A stretch of DNA of 64,000 bases from an uncultured Gammaproteobacteria bacterium (GCA_964394645.1 CAYMYC010000003.1:18315-82314), one strand, 5' to 3'. Shown: positions 1 to 10,009, counted from the first letter of the stretch. Notes: a model not told the origin generated them from the letters alone. Program-made: numbers and translations.

Positions 1-2315
1 CTTCAGCAGACGCATCAGTTTCAGGTTCACTTCAACCTACAACAGCCTATACAGCGGGTAGTTTGACTTCTGGTGAAACATATTACTTGCGAGTTAAAAC
101 GGCAGACAATGCAGGAAATACCGCAGCTACTAATTGGGCAGCCTTTACATATAAGTATGACAATGTTGTGCCTGATAACCCAACAACTGTTACGGCAAAT
201 CCATCAGGCTATACCGCAACAAATAGTTTTGCCTTTTCATGGAGTGGGGCGACTGATAGTGCTTCAACAGTTTCTGACTACTGTTATAAAACATCTTTAA
301 ACGGTAGTGAAACTTGTGGCGTAACGGATACATCTATTTCTGGAGTAACAGCAGGAGGAACTGGAGCATCCACTTTTTATGTACGAGCCAGAGATGTAGC
401 AGGAAACAAGGCAGCAACATATTCAAGCGTATCATATTATTATAGCGCAACAGCACCAAGCGCACCACAAAGCTTAGAGGTATCGCCTGAAACAAATACG
501 GTAAACCAGTTCTCATTCTCATGGGATCCTCCCTCTACATATTTTGGTTCACAATCTTCTCTAAGGTATTATTACTCTATAAACGCGCTTCCAACTGCAC
601 AGAGTGTTAACTTGCTAGGATTATCCGTTACAACCCTTGCAACTGATGCGTATGCAACTGTTCCAGGGGCAAATGTACTATATGTAGTTGCAAAAGATGA
701 GGCGGGTAATATTGATTACAATAATTATGCATCTGTTACATTTACTGCTGATACATCAGCCCCTGGAATTCCTAAAAAAGTAGATATTGCAGATATTTCA
801 GTGAAAACTTTGTCCGCTTGGAAGCTTGCGGTTTCTTGGGAGGCACCTGATGCTAGCGGTTCAGGTGTTTCAAGCTATAAAGTATATAGCTCAACAACCT
901 CTGGGGCTAGTTGTACTACAGATTTCTCTAGATTTTCATATTTAGCATCAACTACAGGTCGTTCATATGTGGATACAGATATTACTCAAAATAATCATTA
1001 TTATTGCGTAAAAGCCTGTGATTCAACTAATAATTGTTCAGCAGTCTCATCTACGGTTACTAAATATCCAACTGGTAAATATGAAGCCCCGGCAGAATTA
1101 ACAGCAAGTCCTTCAGCTACCGTCAGGACAAAGTCAGCGGTAATTACATGGGGTACCAGTAGATCCAGTAATTCGTTTGTAAAGTACGGAACAAGCTCAG
1201 GAGATTATGGAACTGAGGTTGGATCTTCAACTCAGGTTACAGCACACACAATAAATCTTCTTAATTTAGCTCCTGGAACAACGTATTATTATAAAGTACT
1301 TTGGACAGATGAGGATGGAAATATAGGATCATCTACAGAGCAGAGCATTACTACTGAGCCAGCGCCTTTAGTTGGATCTGTTAAGGTAGCAAATATAAGT
1401 ATTAATTCCGCAAACGTGTCTTTTTCAGTAGCAAACGCGACTAGTGTTACAGTCCAATATGGACTTACTACAAATTATGGTGCATCAGATACCCTTACAA
1501 CATCAAAAACGGAAACAACCCAGATAGTAGCACTTGAGAATCTTGAGGAGGGGACAGAGTATCATGTGCAAATTGTAGCAGAGGATGAGGAGGGAAATAC
1601 ATTTGCGGGAAATGACTATACTTTTGAAACTTTACCTGTTCCCAAGATTACGAGATTTAAGTTGCAACAAGTAGCGGGTGAAGCAACCGCAACGCTACGC
1701 TTACTTTGGACATCTAATTCATTGATATCAACAGTTGTAACATATTATCCGGCAAATAATCCTGTTGCAACAAAGGACTCTATAAATCTGGTTTTATCCC
1801 GCAATCATCAGGTTATCTTAAATAATTTGTTAGATGATACGGATTATACAGTGGTCATAAAAGGAAAAGACAGTGCTGGAAATGAGGCAGAGTATCCTGC
1901 CCAGTCAGTTAAAACAGCAGCAGATCTTCGCCCACCGGGTATAGAAAATATGAATGTTGAGACAACTATCATAGGGGTAGGTGACCAGGCAAAGGCACAG
2001 GTTGTGGCAACTTGGGACACTGATGAGCCTGCTTCTACCCAGGTAGAGTACGCGGAAGGAACTGGTACCAGTTATAATTTAAGTACCCAGGAGGATACAA
2101 ACAAGACCACAAATCATTCAGTTACTATTACTGGACTTTCACCTTCCAGAATTTATCATTTACGCGCTGTGGGTAAAGATAAAGCAGCAAATGTAGGTAA
2201 TTCATTTGATACAGTAATTGTAACCCCAAAGGGGACAAAGGATGCATTAAACTTAGTAATTGATAATCTTGCAAAGACATTCGGATTTTTAAAGAGTGTT
2301 AAGACTGGAAAATAG
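1..2315 (+). CDS. Large secreted surface protein built from repeated FN3/PKD-like beta-sandwich modules. It is 5'-partial: the frame is open back to base 3, and the 'TTG' at 63 is internal.
   Basis: The frame has no stop from base 3 to 2315. Repeated ~90-aa modules end in motifs like GTTYYYKV..DEDGN, GTEYHVQIVAEDEEGN, TDYTVVIKGKDSAGN and SRIYHLRAVGKDKAAN, typical FN3-like repeats. The sequence is Thr/Ser/Asn-rich. Confidence 0.6.
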   Translation, partial: SADASVSGSLQPTTAYTAGSLTSGETYYLRVKTADNAGNTAATNWAAFTYKYDNVVPDNPTTVTANPSGYTATNSFAFSWSGATDSASTVSDYCYKTSLNGSETCGVTDTSISGVTAGGTGASTFYVRARDVAGNKAATYSSVSYYYSATAPSAPQSLEVSPETNTVNQFSFSWDPPSTYFGSQSSLRYYYSINALPTAQSVNLLGLSVTTLATDAYATVPGANVLYVVAKDEAGNIDYNNYASVTFTADTSAPGIPKKVDIADISVKTLSAWKLAVSWEAPDASGSGVSSYKVYSSTTSGASCTTDFSRFSYLASTTGRSYVDTDITQNNHYYCVKACDSTNNCSAVSSTVTKYPTGKYEAPAELTASPSATVRTKSAVITWGTSRSSNSFVKYGTSSGDYGTEVGSSTQVTAHTINLLNLAPGTTYYYKVLWTDEDGNIGSSTEQSITTEPAPLVGSVKVANISINSANVSFSVANATSVTVQYGLTTNYGASDTLTTSKTETTQIVALENLEEGTEYHVQIVAEDEEGNTFAGNDYTFETLPVPKITRFKLQQVAGEATATLRLLWTSNSLISTVVTYYPANNPVATKDSINLVLSRNHQVILNNLLDDTDYTVVIKGKDSAGNEAEYPAQSVKTAADLRPPGIENMNVETTIIGVGDQAKAQVVATWDTDEPASTQVEYAEGTGTSYNLSTQEDTNKTTNHSVTITGLSPSRIYHLRAVGKDKAANVGNSFDTVIVTPKGTKDALNLVIDNLAKTFGFLKSVKTGK

Positions 2316-2316
2316 T

Positions 2317-3261
2317 ATGGAAGATAAAAGTCAAAAACAAACAGGAGGGAGTCTTTTAAAAACAGTTGATTTGAAAAAGTCATTCTATATTGGCTTACCA
2401 AATGAAGTAGAGATCTTAAAAGGGATAAATTTGGAAATAGAGAGAGGGGATTTTGTAATCATTTTTGGTCCGTCTGGATGCGGAAAATCTACATTGCTGC
2501 ATACTCTTTTAGGTCTAGAACCTCCTACGGGAGGCAGTGTAGTTGTTGAAGGGGATGATTTTTATGGTTCCACTGAAGATAAGCGGGCAACATATAGACG
2601 GCATCATGTAGGAATTATTTACCAACAGCCATTATGGATTGCGGCACTAAATATAGCAGAAAATGTACAGTTTACCTTAAAGTTACTAAACTATGATGAT
2701 GAGAAAATTACAAAGCGTTCTGATGAAGTCCTTTCTATGGTAGGTATGACAGAATGGAAGAATTACCGTCCTCAAGAGTTATCATCAGGACAGCAGCAGA
2801 AAGTATCCCTGGCTCGTGCGCTCTCAATAGATCCCGTACTCATAGTAGCAGATGAGCCTACGGGGAATTTGGATACAATTTCAGGTCAACAGCTAATAGA
2901 ACATTTTATGGAATTTAATAGGAAGGGAATTACTATTATTATGGTTACCCATGACTTGGAGTATTTAAAATTTGGCAATAAGATTATACACATGATTGAC
3001 GGAATGGTGGTGGAGCAGTATGTAGGAAAACCTGGTCAGGGATTTAATAAAGAAATAATGGGTAAAAAATCAGAATCAAAGACTGGAGAATCTGGTGTTA
3101 ATGTTCGTGATCCAAAATTTCTTGCATCCCTGAAGGGAACTCATGACGGGAAAATAGTGCAGTATGTAACCCATGTAGATGCACCAAAAGACGCACCAGA
3201 TACACCTCAAAACACAAAAAAAGAAACAGAAGACGCAAAGTCTAGTAAAAAAATAACATGA
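2317..3261 (+). CDS. ABC transporter ATP-binding protein (MacB/LolD/FtsE-like)
   Basis: Walker A GPSGCGKST, Q-loop, ABC signature LSSGQQQKVSLARAL, Walker B LIVADEPTGNLD and H-loop MVTHD are all present. The ATG at 2317 follows the upstream stop, so the GTG at 2296 in the ORF track is likely too long. The stop overlaps the next gene's start in an ATGA arrangement. Confidence 0.9.
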   Translation: MEDKSQKQTGGSLLKTVDLKKSFYIGLPNEVEILKGINLEIERGDFVIIFGPSGCGKSTLLHTLLGLEPPTGGSVVVEGDDFYGSTEDKRATYRRHHVGIIYQQPLWIAALNIAENVQFTLKLLNYDDEKITKRSDEVLSMVGMTEWKNYRPQELSSGQQQKVSLARALSIDPVLIVADEPTGNLDTISGQQLIEHFMEFNRKGITIIMVTHDLEYLKFGNKIIHMIDGMVVEQYVGKPGQGFNKEIMGKKSESKTGESGVNVRDPKFLASLKGTHDGKIVQYVTHVDAPKDAPDTPQNTKKETEDAKSSKKIT

Positions 3262-5447
3262 AACACATAATACCTATTTTTAAGAAAATTTTAGGAGTGA
3301 TAAGTAAGCCTACTTTTTGGGTACACTTACCAAAAAACAGCATCATTTTTATAAGAAAAGCTAGCGTAACAACCGTAATTTTTGCGAGCTTTTTTCTGCT
3401 TCTTAACATATGTTTCATTGAGGTAATATGTAAATATTTGGAATCTATTCCTGTTATAGGAAGAATATTTAAAAAAACAAATGCATTATGGGTAAAATTG
3501 TTTGGAAGGTATATCCCAAAAGTTGTACGGGCGCTTGAGAAAATGAGGACGTACGAGGTACAGCGTTCGTATCTGATATTTCTCGCGTTTGAAAACTTGC
3601 GTGTTAGAAAGAGTAGGTCACTTATAACTGTTGCTGGTATGTCATTTGGGGTAGGTGTAATTGTGCTTCTTTTATCTCTTGGGTACGGAATAGAGCGGCT
3701 AGTTGTGAATAAAGTTGCAAGCCTTCAAGATTTACAGGTGGTTGACGTTTCAACAGGCGGAAATACAGCGGTAAAGTTAACGCAGGATGCTATCCGAAAG
3801 TTTCAGAAATTTGGGAAAGTTACAAATGTCATACCTTTTGTATCAGTTGTTGGTAGAATCACCTTTAATAAGGCAACGACTGATGTTTTAGTATATTCTG
3901 CACCAAATGAATATTTCACATTTGTGAATGCGAAGATAGTCAAGGGAAGGCTATTTTCAAATAATAAAATTTCGTATGTTACCTCTGAGGGTGAAGTTGC
4001 AGGTGTATCTACTAATTATGAGAAGGCCGAATTTGGTAATAAAATAAGTCCGAATACTGTTTTGTTTAACATTAATCCGCAGGAGGCGGCAGTTGTTTGG
4101 GAATCATGCAGTACAGGAGGGAAGATTGTGGGGTATACCGCAAGACTTGAAGGAGGGTACAAGGGGTATCAGTATTGGGGAAGCGAATATTATCCACTTG
4201 AAGGAGACGCGCGAGCAGGTTATAGCAATACTACTCATGAGTATTTAGGTAAATGGATAAAAGGTGTTGTACCCTTATATAACAAAAATCCAGATGGTGC
4301 ACTTAAACCAATCTTAGATGACCACGGAGTTCATAAATGGCAGGATGCTTGTGTTCAAATGAAATATGTTCAAATATTAGATCAGTATGTTTTGCGCCAC
4401 GTTTTAGGAGCGTCAACAAAATCAGGATCGGTACTCGCAGCCTCTGATTCAGCATCTATCACGGCAGAGACAGATCTTACCGGCTCACAAAACGCATCCG
4501 GTTCAGCGGAAATTGATCAAATAGACTCTGCGGGATTTATCAGCTCATTTGATTCAAGTGTTGTGGGAACAAATTCCGCAGGAATAGAATTTGTGGATCT
4601 AGCTTCTCAGCAGAAGGCAAAGAAAAAAGAAACCGAAACATTAAAATTTAAGGGAGGGCATAGTGGTGAGGCGATTGTTTCAACAGGACTTCTCAATTTA
4701 CTAGGTATTCCGATCTCAAAAGCACTTGACAGCACATTTAATTCATCTCTTATTATAGGAAAAAGCCAGATACCGGAATTGTTAGGAAAAGCGCAAAGTG
4801 AGGAAAAAGATTACAAAATAGTTGGGGTAATAGATGATATTGACACTCAGTATTTCTACATCCCACTTTCTGATGTGAAGAATTTAGGTGTTAGCAATTT
4901 CTCACAAGCAAAAATTGTAATGCAGATTAAGCAAGAGATGGGAAAGTTAAGAAAACAGGTGGAGGATTTAGGCTTTCGAACAACAAGTACTGCAGATACT
5001 GTTGAGCAGATAGAGTCATTATTTGGAAATTTGCGGATAGTTTTAGGTCTTTTGGGGATGGTAGCGCTAGGAGTCGCGTCATTAGGAATGTTTAATACGC
5101 TAACCGTTTCTCTTCTTGAGCGCACGCGTGAAATTGGGGGAATGAAAACGATCGGTATGGTAACTGATGAAGTTCAGGAGTTGCTACTTTCTGAAGCTAT
5201 GATTATGGGTCTTTCAGGTGGAGTTGGAGGATTATTATTAGGATTTATTGCCGGAAAAGCGCTATCTGGCGCGGTAAGTATTTTTGCAATAGCGGGTGGA
5301 CAAGGCTTTTTAGATCTCACATATGTTCCACCATTTCTTATATTTTTTATAATTGTTTCTTCGTTTTTTGTAGGTCTTATTACAGGGTTGTATCCTGCTA
5401 TGCGCGCGCGTAAAATTTCAGCACTCAATGCCTTGCGTTATGAATGA
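3258..5447 (+). CDS. ABC transporter permease, MacB/FtsX-type, with a large extracytoplasmic domain
   Basis: An N-terminal TM is followed by a ~450-aa soluble domain and a C-terminal FtsX-like four-helix region (LGVASLGMFNTLTVSLLERTREIGGMKTIGM...). The start is translationally coupled (ATGA) to the ABC ATPase. Confidence 0.75.
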   Translation: MKHIIPIFKKILGVISKPTFWVHLPKNSIIFIRKASVTTVIFASFFLLLNICFIEVICKYLESIPVIGRIFKKTNALWVKLFGRYIPKVVRALEKMRTYEVQRSYLIFLAFENLRVRKSRSLITVAGMSFGVGVIVLLLSLGYGIERLVVNKVASLQDLQVVDVSTGGNTAVKLTQDAIRKFQKFGKVTNVIPFVSVVGRITFNKATTDVLVYSAPNEYFTFVNAKIVKGRLFSNNKISYVTSEGEVAGVSTNYEKAEFGNKISPNTVLFNINPQEAAVVWESCSTGGKIVGYTARLEGGYKGYQYWGSEYYPLEGDARAGYSNTTHEYLGKWIKGVVPLYNKNPDGALKPILDDHGVHKWQDACVQMKYVQILDQYVLRHVLGASTKSGSVLAASDSASITAETDLTGSQNASGSAEIDQIDSAGFISSFDSSVVGTNSAGIEFVDLASQQKAKKKETETLKFKGGHSGEAIVSTGLLNLLGIPISKALDSTFNSSLIIGKSQIPELLGKAQSEEKDYKIVGVIDDIDTQYFYIPLSDVKNLGVSNFSQAKIVMQIKQEMGKLRKQVEDLGFRTTSTADTVEQIESLFGNLRIVLGLLGMVALGVASLGMFNTLTVSLLERTREIGGMKTIGMVTDEVQELLLSEAMIMGLSGGVGGLLLGFIAGKALSGAVSIFAIAGGQGFLDLTYVPPFLIFFIIVSSFFVGLITGLYPAMRARKISALNALRYE

Positions 5448-5486
5448 TATCTTGATGAGGTTGGCAAAATCATATACACTTTTTTT

Positions 5487-6218
5487 ATGTCAAAGAAAAA
5501 TCAGGATCAGGAGTCAGTCCCGGTAACAACATTTACAAAAGAATCGCTTGTAGACCTTAAAAAAGAAGGGAAAAACTATTTTCTTCACTGGTTTGATTAT
5601 CTTGTAATTCATATAAGGCAAAACGTAGTAAAGAGACCAATTGAATATTTAGCGTTATTTGTAGTAAGTTTTTTCTTTACTATATGTGTTTCAGCAATCA
5701 TTTTACTTCTTATTTTTAATAAGATAGAAATGAATGTTTCTCTTCCTGCAATTCCTCTTTATAATTTTGGACAGCTTCAAATAGGCAGAACAAGTAGGGA
5801 AAGCGTGAAGTTTGACCCTATGGTTTTGTTGAGGTTAATTCAGGAAAACAATTCTGAATATGTAGTAATTGATCTACGAACAGCAAAAGAATATGAAAAT
5901 GGACATATTAAAAGCGCTGTGTCTCTGCCTATTTATGGCACAGATATAATTTCAGATATTGGAGAAATAAAAAACACAAGCGGTTTAAAAAACAGATTGA
6001 GTAATATCTCAAAAAATAAAAAAATTGTTATTTTGTATGGACAAACAGCATATTCCTCTTATGTTGAACAAATCGCAAGATCTCTTGATAGCAGCGGGGG
6101 AAAAGTGAAGGTATTAGGTATTGGATGGAATGAGTGGGCGCATTTTAAGAATATTTGGATTCCTGAGGCGGATTGGAATAGCATTAACATACAAGACTTT
6201 ATTCAAGTAAAAGAATAA
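5487..6218 (+). CDS. Membrane-anchored rhodanese-domain protein
   Basis: An N-terminal TM helix precedes a rhodanese-like fold (VVIDLRTAKEYENGHIKSAVSLPIY ... ILYGQTAYSS). Confidence 0.6.
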   Translation: MSKKNQDQESVPVTTFTKESLVDLKKEGKNYFLHWFDYLVIHIRQNVVKRPIEYLALFVVSFFFTICVSAIILLLIFNKIEMNVSLPAIPLYNFGQLQIGRTSRESVKFDPMVLLRLIQENNSEYVVIDLRTAKEYENGHIKSAVSLPIYGTDIISDIGEIKNTSGLKNRLSNISKNKKIVILYGQTAYSSYVEQIARSLDSSGGKVKVLGIGWNEWAHFKNIWIPEADWNSINIQDFIQVKE

Positions 6219-6415
6219 TTTAATTACTCATTTATTTAATCAGATATTTTACTAGTCGTATATCATAAAAATCTCTTCATTTTCTTCTAAACCCATATTT
6301 TAATAGAATTTTGTAATTATTCTTTCTATTTTGCGCAAAATCTAGTAAAATTGAAAGTTGCGCAGGAGTGGAGGAGAAAAATTTTCTTACTCTACCTCCT
6401 GGTTACAATAAACTT

Positions 6416-6500
6416 GCTGGAGTGGCAGAGTAGTCAATTGCTCGTGACTGTAGATCACGCGCCCGTTTGGGCTACGGGGGTGCAAATCCCTCCTCCAGCA
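6416..6500 (+). tRNA. tRNA-Tyr (anticodon GUA), class II long variable arm
   Basis: Hand-folded cloverleaf. The acceptor GCTGGAG/CTCCAGC is perfect. The anticodon stem is CGTGA/TCACG with loop CT-GTA-GA. The variable arm is a 14-nt stem-loop (GCCC-GTTT-GGGC). The T-loop reads TGCAAAT, which by my reading puts a non-canonical G at the usual U55 position. No encoded CCA. Confidence 0.75.
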
Positions 6501-6576
6501 CAAGAAGTAGTAGAAAAAGCCTTATTTCTATAGGGGGTAATTGCCATAGAAGATAACACATCTTTTTAAGAAATTA

Positions 6577-6648
6577 GCCTCGATGGCTCAGTGGTAGAGC
6601 GAGATCTTGGTAAGATCTAGGTCGGGGGTCCGATTCCCCCTCGAGGCT
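6577..6648 (+). tRNA. tRNA-Thr (anticodon GGU)
   Basis: Acceptor GCCTCGA/TCGAGGC. D-arm GCTC-AGTGGTA-GAGC. Anticodon stem AGATC/GATCT with loop TT-GGT-AA. T-arm GGGGG-TCCGATT-CCCCC. 72 nt, no encoded CCA. Confidence 0.8.
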
Positions 6649-6721
6649 CAAAAACAAGTATCATTGTATTTTGAGCGTAATTTTTGTATAATTGTATTTC
6701 TCAAAGGGGAAGAATAAACAT

Positions 6722-6901
6722 ATGGCAAAGAAAAAAACAGGCGCAGTACTCAAATTAGGATTAGTTTGTACGGTATGCAGGACTCGTGGTTATATTACGT
6801 CTAGAAATAAATTAAATACACCTGAAAAACTGAAGCTAAAGAAGTACTGTAGAAAATGTATGAAAGCTCAGGAGCATAAGGAAGTTGATAAGTTAAAATA
6901 G
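6722..6901 (+). CDS. rpmG: 50S ribosomal protein L33
   Basis: A small basic protein with a CxxC...CxxC zinc ribbon (CTVCRTRGY ... CRKCMK), typical of L33. The RBS AAAGGGGA lies upstream of the ATG at 6722. Confidence 0.85.
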   Translation: MAKKKTGAVLKLGLVCTVCRTRGYITSRNKLNTPEKLKLKKYCRKCMKAQEHKEVDKLK

Positions 6902-6907
6902 CTTTTA

Positions 6908-7009
6908 ACTTGCGCTTCACTTCGTAAATCTAAAGTTAAAATAAATTTTAAAAATAAAATAGAAACTTCCTTGCGTGGCTCACTTCGTTCATCTCTAAAG
7001 TAAAAGTAA
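6908..7009. repeat. Two imperfect ~40-nt tandem direct repeats in the rpmG 3' intergenic region
   Basis: The two copies are cttgcgcttcacttcgtaaatctaaagttaaaataaa (6908-6945) and cttgcgtggctcacttcgttcatctctaaagtaaaagtaa (6970-7009). They sit between convergent genes. Confidence 0.45.
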
Positions 7010-7012
7010 TCT

Positions 7013-8674
7013 TTAAATGTGTTCACCATTTCTTTTGTTATTCTTCATTTGTTTATATGCCTCTATGATAATTGATATATCAGATCTTCCAAACATATAG
7101 AATCCTAACTCTTTAAAATTATTTAAAAGCGTTGTGGTATCTTGTTCTATCGGCTGTTTTTCTAATTGTGCATGTATTCTATATGTAAGAGAAGATATAG
7201 CTCTGAGATTAGTGGTAGATGATTCTGGCAGGTCAGATATAAATGAAGATATAATGCGTAGTGTATCTGGTCGACTGAAGAGAACTTCTCCTGCGTTGTT
7301 TACTGCTCGAAAAGCATTAATAAATAGTTTTTTAGTGGTAAAAATATTTTCTATTTGTTCAGTTTTTATTTTAAGGTTTTTTAATTCTTCTTGAGTTTCG
7401 AGAAGAGAATTTGTATTTTCAACAAGTTGTATCTGAGCTTGGATTTCATTTTCTGATCTGTAAAGGTCTTTATCGTTTGTTTCAGTTTGAGAGATAGTTT
7501 TTGTTTGCGGCAAAGAATCAATAAGCCTATATGCATTTATAATAGTATTTAACTCTCTTCCAAGTGCTTCTTTTTCTTCAATAGAAAGATCTGCTATATA
7601 TGGTTTTTTAGCAAAACTTATCAATACTGAAAGTGAGCGGGTGTCTAGGGGAGTTTTTTGTTTGAAACCATTATAAAGATTAGTGAGGTTAGTTAGCACT
7701 TCCCGAGTTTTTTGATAGTTATTTTCTCCAAACAATCTTAGGTATGCCCTAAAGGGTGATTTTATCACGCCTTGCTTTTGTAGATTATTAATTCTGTCTA
7801 ATTTTACAGGATTTCCAAGCTGACTATATATCTTTTGCCATTCTAGCAAAAGATCATTTTGATCAATTTCTCCTCGTTTCTTTTCAGATGCATTAATTTT
7901 CTCTAATCTTTCAGTGTTTTTAGGGTTAGAAGATTTAATATGTCGCGCAATTATTCGTGCGTCCTTTATATTTGTAATGGCTATTGAAGCCAGATCTCCA
8001 TTTGGATAGAAAAGTTGATAGGGGCGTTTGATCCCTGCTTGTATTAATGTATCCTGAATTATGGAGCCTATCGACACGTCTCCTATCAGAAATCTAATGT
8101 CATGCTTGTTTATAATTGCTCTGCCATCAAAAATGCCTGATAAAAAATCCCATATGTACTCAGGTGATTGAGTCCACAGATACTGTTTTGAAAATGTTTC
8201 AACAAAATTTTCTCTTGAAAGGCTACCTAAGCGTCTTATAACTGTACTATTTGAAAAAAGCACAACATTTTTTTGATTCTCATTTTTATTTTGATGTTCT
8301 CCTTGGGGATCTTTATCAAATATATATTTGCCGATAGATTTATATTTTTCTCTAGTTTCGGGATTTTTTTCACCTTTTATAAATCTACTTCCAGAGTCTA
8401 CATATGATGCGCCACCAGTATATCCAATAAACCATGCAAGTTGTGAGGATGGCGCAAAGGGGATAGTCTTAAATTTTTCTTCTGATATAGCTCTTACTCT
8501 ACCTAATTTTGTTTTAGCCAGTAGTACTTCAACGTATGTTGGAGAGTAGCCAGTTTGAGCACTTATTTCCGACAGAGATGCTTTAAATGGTATCTTGCCC
8601 TCAGAATGCAGACGAGCATTTTCAAGTACATATGATTCAAAAGTATTTCTTTTTTCTTGCCAGTTTTCTTTCAT
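7013..8674 (-). CDS. Hypothetical 553-aa protein with an N-terminal HTH, two LAGLIDADG-like motifs and a C-terminal coiled-coil
   Basis: A long ORF. The HTH-like stretch is SLSEISAQTGYSPTYVEVLLAK. Motifs LAWFIGYTGGAS and WDFLSGIFDGRAI resemble the paired LAGLIDADG helices of homing endonucleases or maturases. The C-terminal ~250 aa are heptad/coiled-coil rich. The functional assignment is weak. Confidence 0.5.
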   Translation of the reverse strand: MKENWQEKRNTFESYVLENARLHSEGKIPFKASLSEISAQTGYSPTYVEVLLAKTKLGRVRAISEEKFKTIPFAPSSQLAWFIGYTGGASYVDSGSRFIKGEKNPETREKYKSIGKYIFDKDPQGEHQNKNENQKNVVLFSNSTVIRRLGSLSRENFVETFSKQYLWTQSPEYIWDFLSGIFDGRAIINKHDIRFLIGDVSIGSIIQDTLIQAGIKRPYQLFYPNGDLASIAITNIKDARIIARHIKSSNPKNTERLEKINASEKKRGEIDQNDLLLEWQKIYSQLGNPVKLDRINNLQKQGVIKSPFRAYLRLFGENNYQKTREVLTNLTNLYNGFKQKTPLDTRSLSVLISFAKKPYIADLSIEEKEALGRELNTIINAYRLIDSLPQTKTISQTETNDKDLYRSENEIQAQIQLVENTNSLLETQEELKNLKIKTEQIENIFTTKKLFINAFRAVNNAGEVLFSRPDTLRIISSFISDLPESSTTNLRAISSLTYRIHAQLEKQPIEQDTTTLLNNFKELGFYMFGRSDISIIIEAYKQMKNNKRNGEHI

Positions 8675-8728
8675 GGAAGATATTGTATTAACGTGTTAAA
8701 TTATGTTGATAATTTAAAATATTTTATT

Positions 8729-9322
8729 TCAACTCTCTCTGAGTATTTTCTGAGCGTACATATATTCTTGCTTTATCCGATATTCATCTCTAGGGTCGGT
8801 TAGTCGTGCAAGAAGGTAAACATCTTTTACTCCTTGTATAAATGCGTGTGAGTTGTTTTTTTTACCACCTGTATTTCCATAGATGTGTTCAGCGTTTTGT
8901 AGGTATCCTTTGAGAATCGGTTGTTCACAATCAAATGGGTGGGGATCTAAAAACAATTTGTCTTTCATGAATCTGTTTCTTGAGGAATCAGTTATAAAAA
9001 TTAGCCCAGTTTCAGGTCCTGATACATAAAGTACATCACGCATAAAAAGAAACCCTGCCATATATGAAATTGTCTCATCATCTTTTCCGTTAATTCTGAA
9101 AGTAGAGAGATTTTTTGAGAGTACCTCAATTGCCTTGTCGCCCATTTGCGCACGTGCTTCAGCCTCATTAATTTGATTGCGTAGGTACCTTAAAGGATCT
9201 TGTTCTAGATCTTGCATGGGGTACGCAAAATCAGTTTCATGTAAGGTCGGTATGTAGCTAGGTAGCCGTGGTTTTACGTACGATTCGTAGCTGTTTTCTT
9301 GTTTCATGAAATGAATATACAC
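8729..9322 (-). CDS. Hypothetical protein (197 aa)
   Basis: An ORF in the same minus-strand gene string with no recognisable motif. Confidence 0.45.
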   Translation of the reverse strand: MYIHFMKQENSYESYVKPRLPSYIPTLHETDFAYPMQDLEQDPLRYLRNQINEAEARAQMGDKAIEVLSKNLSTFRINGKDDETISYMAGFLFMRDVLYVSGPETGLIFITDSSRNRFMKDKLFLDPHPFDCEQPILKGYLQNAEHIYGNTGGKKNNSHAFIQGVKDVYLLARLTDPRDEYRIKQEYMYAQKILRES

Positions 9323-9343
9323 CTTATAGTATTTTTTGTCAAA

Positions 9344-10009
9344 TTAGAGGAATATGAGGGAGAGAAAAGCCATTGAGAGACCAAGAATAGTTCCCCCTAC
9401 AACGTCAGTTGTCCAATGTTCACCAAGTGATACACGGGATACGAGCATAAGGATAACTATTCCCCAAAAGAACCCGTACACCGCCATCTTAACAAAGAGA
9501 GGTAATTTCAGCTTATATATTAAAAATGAAAAAACAATCGCCAGAAATACTATTCGTAAGGAATGTCCTGATGGGTATGATGCGTCTGTGAAGACGTGAA
9601 GTCCAGGAAAATCTGTAAAATGGGAACGCAAGAACATTCTGGGTGGACCAGGTTGTTCCAGTATGTTTTTTCCGACAAGTTCTATAACATGTGCAAATGC
9701 GAATAACCCTAATGGAATGGTAGCCCATATTTTTTTGTTCATAATTCCGTAAAATGCCAGAACTATGACTAATATGCTTCCTGTAAATTCAAATCTTCCC
9801 GCAACGGACAGGAATGAGAAAAAGTCATCAAGTCGCAGCGGTACTTTAGCTTGAAGTTTTACCGTAGTATCAAAATCTAAGGACCTGAGTATGTCTGCAC
9901 GGACAAAGAGAGTAAAGGCGAAAAACAAAAATAAAAGAAATAGCCCAGCGCATAGAAATATCAGATTTTCTTTTGTGATAAGTTTTGTAAATAAAGTTTT
10001 TTTTGCCAC
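9344..10009 (-). CDS. PAP2-family membrane phosphatase (lipid/undecaprenyl-PP phosphatase-like)
   Basis: PAP2 signature motifs are present: PSGHS ... SRVSLGEHWTTDVVGG. Multiple TM helices. Confidence 0.75.
   Translation of the reverse strand: MAKKTLFTKLITKENLIFLCAGLFLLFLFFAFTLFVRADILRSLDFDTTVKLQAKVPLRLDDFFSFLSVAGRFEFTGSILVIVLAFYGIMNKKIWATIPLGLFAFAHVIELVGKNILEQPGPPRMFLRSHFTDFPGLHVFTDASYPSGHSLRIVFLAIVFSFLIYKLKLPLFVKMAVYGFFWGIVILMLVSRVSLGEHWTTDVVGGTILGLSMAFLSLIFL

Noticed and set aside
63-65. TTG 'start' of the first ORF in the track
   Set aside because: The reading frame stays open back to base 3, and the upstream residues (..YTAGSLTSGETYYLRV..) continue the FN3-like repeat, so the gene begins outside the window.
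6351-6533. 60-aa ORF from the ORF track
   Set aside because: It lies entirely over tRNA-Tyr and its promoter region, so it is a spurious frame through a tRNA gene.
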